A DNA stretch of 64,000 bases from Entomortierella parvispora E1425 (lineage: Eukaryota; Fungi; Mortierellomycota), in contig BQFW01000002.1 of assembly GCA_020891255.1 (NCBI GenBank), positions 372,001 to 436,000 of the forward strand, given 5' to 3'. Shown in pieces: positions 62,722 to 64,000 of this stretch. A program made the translations under genes and the position numbers. Under the pieces are notes generated by a model, which did no database searches, had not been told where the DNA came from, and saw only the letters and a list, made by a program, of their open reading frames with translations. Every line of letters starts with the position of its first letter. Positions within the stretch are counted from its first letter, which is position 1.

Positions 62722-64000
62722 TCATTCCTCGTCTTCCTCATCCTCGTCCTCCTCCTCCTCCTCTTCTGGAGAGTCGACCTCAAAGTCATAAGTGGGGTCG
62801 ACATATTCCTCGTCCAGATGAGCACCTGGGAGATCTTCGTTGGAGACAGCCTTGTCGGTGATCTGAGCTGCTTCAGCCGCGGCAGCATCAGGAGCCGCCT
62901 GCTGTTGGTGAATGTCCTCGGCGTTGTCTTGGTGAATTTCTGGGACACTGATGGCTTCCACAACAGGCACAGCCTGTTCCAAGAAGCTACTGCCGCCCTC
63001 ATTGAGGGTGCTGCTCTGATCATTGTTGTTCTCAGCTGGAGCCACGGCAGCCTTGTTGGCGACATACTGCGCGTAGTCGGTTGGGTATTGGTTGCAGTCA
63101 TAGTCCCAGGTTTTCAAGACCTTGGATGCCTCACACTCAGATCTCGTCCACTCGGAGCCATAGGTAAGAGGTGCGTAGCTTCGGAAAACATAGATCGCTG
63201 TGGACGCGACGAGGATCATGGCCAAGACTCGGAAGCGGTTTGGAAGGAACCTGCAGCCCAAATCGAACGTCACAGCAAGGAGAAGAATGGAAAAGTAAAG
63301 GGCGGGGAGATAGTGGTGCAAAAACAATTGACGGTCCATGAGGAAAAATGGAAGGTAGTGGTAACACCAGCCCATGAAGAAGAAACCTCCAGAGAGCTCA
63401 TAGTACTCCCTCAGTCCCTTGAAGTCGTCCTTGTAGCCACGCTTGTCCCGAATAAAGAGCAGACCACGAATGGCGGCATACAAAACGACGGAGAATGTCG
63501 AGAGATACCAGGTGAACCAGTTGCCAACCAAGTAGACGTGTTTTTGTTCCTTGCCCCAGAAACTGATTCCACGCTTCATAATAGGCCAAGAAGAAGGGCG
63601 CGAGTCATACGGATGAGAGTCCGTTAAGCCGGCGTTCGTCGTCCACATGACCTTGTTGAGTTCAATAAACTTGCCAAAGAATCCAGGCTTTTTGTAATTG
63701 ACAAGTGGTGCATCCGCAGGGTCTAGAATACCATTAAAAATTGATACATATTAGTAAAGAAACCTCCCCGACTGGCATTGGCATTGATAGAGCTGTGATA
63801 TCAAGCAACTTACAGCTGTCGTGATGGTTCGACTCGATCATCCATATAGTTTTTCCGACCACGGCGCTGCGCATGCAAGTGACTTCCTGTTGCTCAAAAC
63901 CCCACTTGGGGAGCTTGACTTTATGAGAGAAAAGGTCGCAGTTCATGTTGATGTGGACCAGCTTGAACTTGGATCGCAAGGTGTGCAGCGACGTGCTCGC
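62722..64000 (-). CDS. PMT1: Dolichyl-phosphate-mannose--protein O-mannosyltransferase, 3' part (runs off the window)
   Basis: End of MIR domain LFSHKVKLPKWGFEQQEVTC; intron 63813-63723; then PGFFGKFIELNKVMWTTNAGL, SRPSSWP, HYLPFFLMDRQLFLHHYLPALYF and an acidic tail. RQLFLHHYLP..YF favours the PMT1 subfamily. Confidence 0.85.

Overview
Intron-rich eukaryotic DNA with GT-AG introns of mostly 60-200 nt and poly-A/T-rich spacers. Gene content and style point to a fungus, most likely an early-diverging Mucoromycota/Mortierellaceae-type genome (inference). The window has three zones. (1) 0.5-20 kb: cell-surface and metabolic genes - a kelch-repeat membrane protein, a tandem double-psi-beta-barrel (expansin/RlpA-like) protein, TYR1, a stomatin, an Opy2-like membrane anchor and a 910-aa orphan membrane protein. 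(2) 20-39.5 kb: a compact housekeeping block - Asn-tRNA ligase, Rpr2/Rpp21, Trm61/Gcd14, pyroglutamyl peptidase, Dpm1, Bud27/URI, eIF2-gamma and a Def1-like CUE protein. (3) 40.6-62.6 kb: an accessory array of seven apparently intact paralogous group A FAD-dependent monooxygenase genes, oriented + + + - - - +, plus a decayed eighth fragment. The array ends at the 3' end of a PMT1-type O-mannosyltransferase. It shows an unusually conserved fifth intron that one copy lacks precisely, patchy near-identity suggesting gene conversion, a shared upstream motif and hypervariable patches in otherwise conserved proteins. I found no rRNA, tRNA, CRISPR array or recognisable intact transposon by eye. All exon models were hand-spliced and all family assignments come from motif recognition, not database searches.
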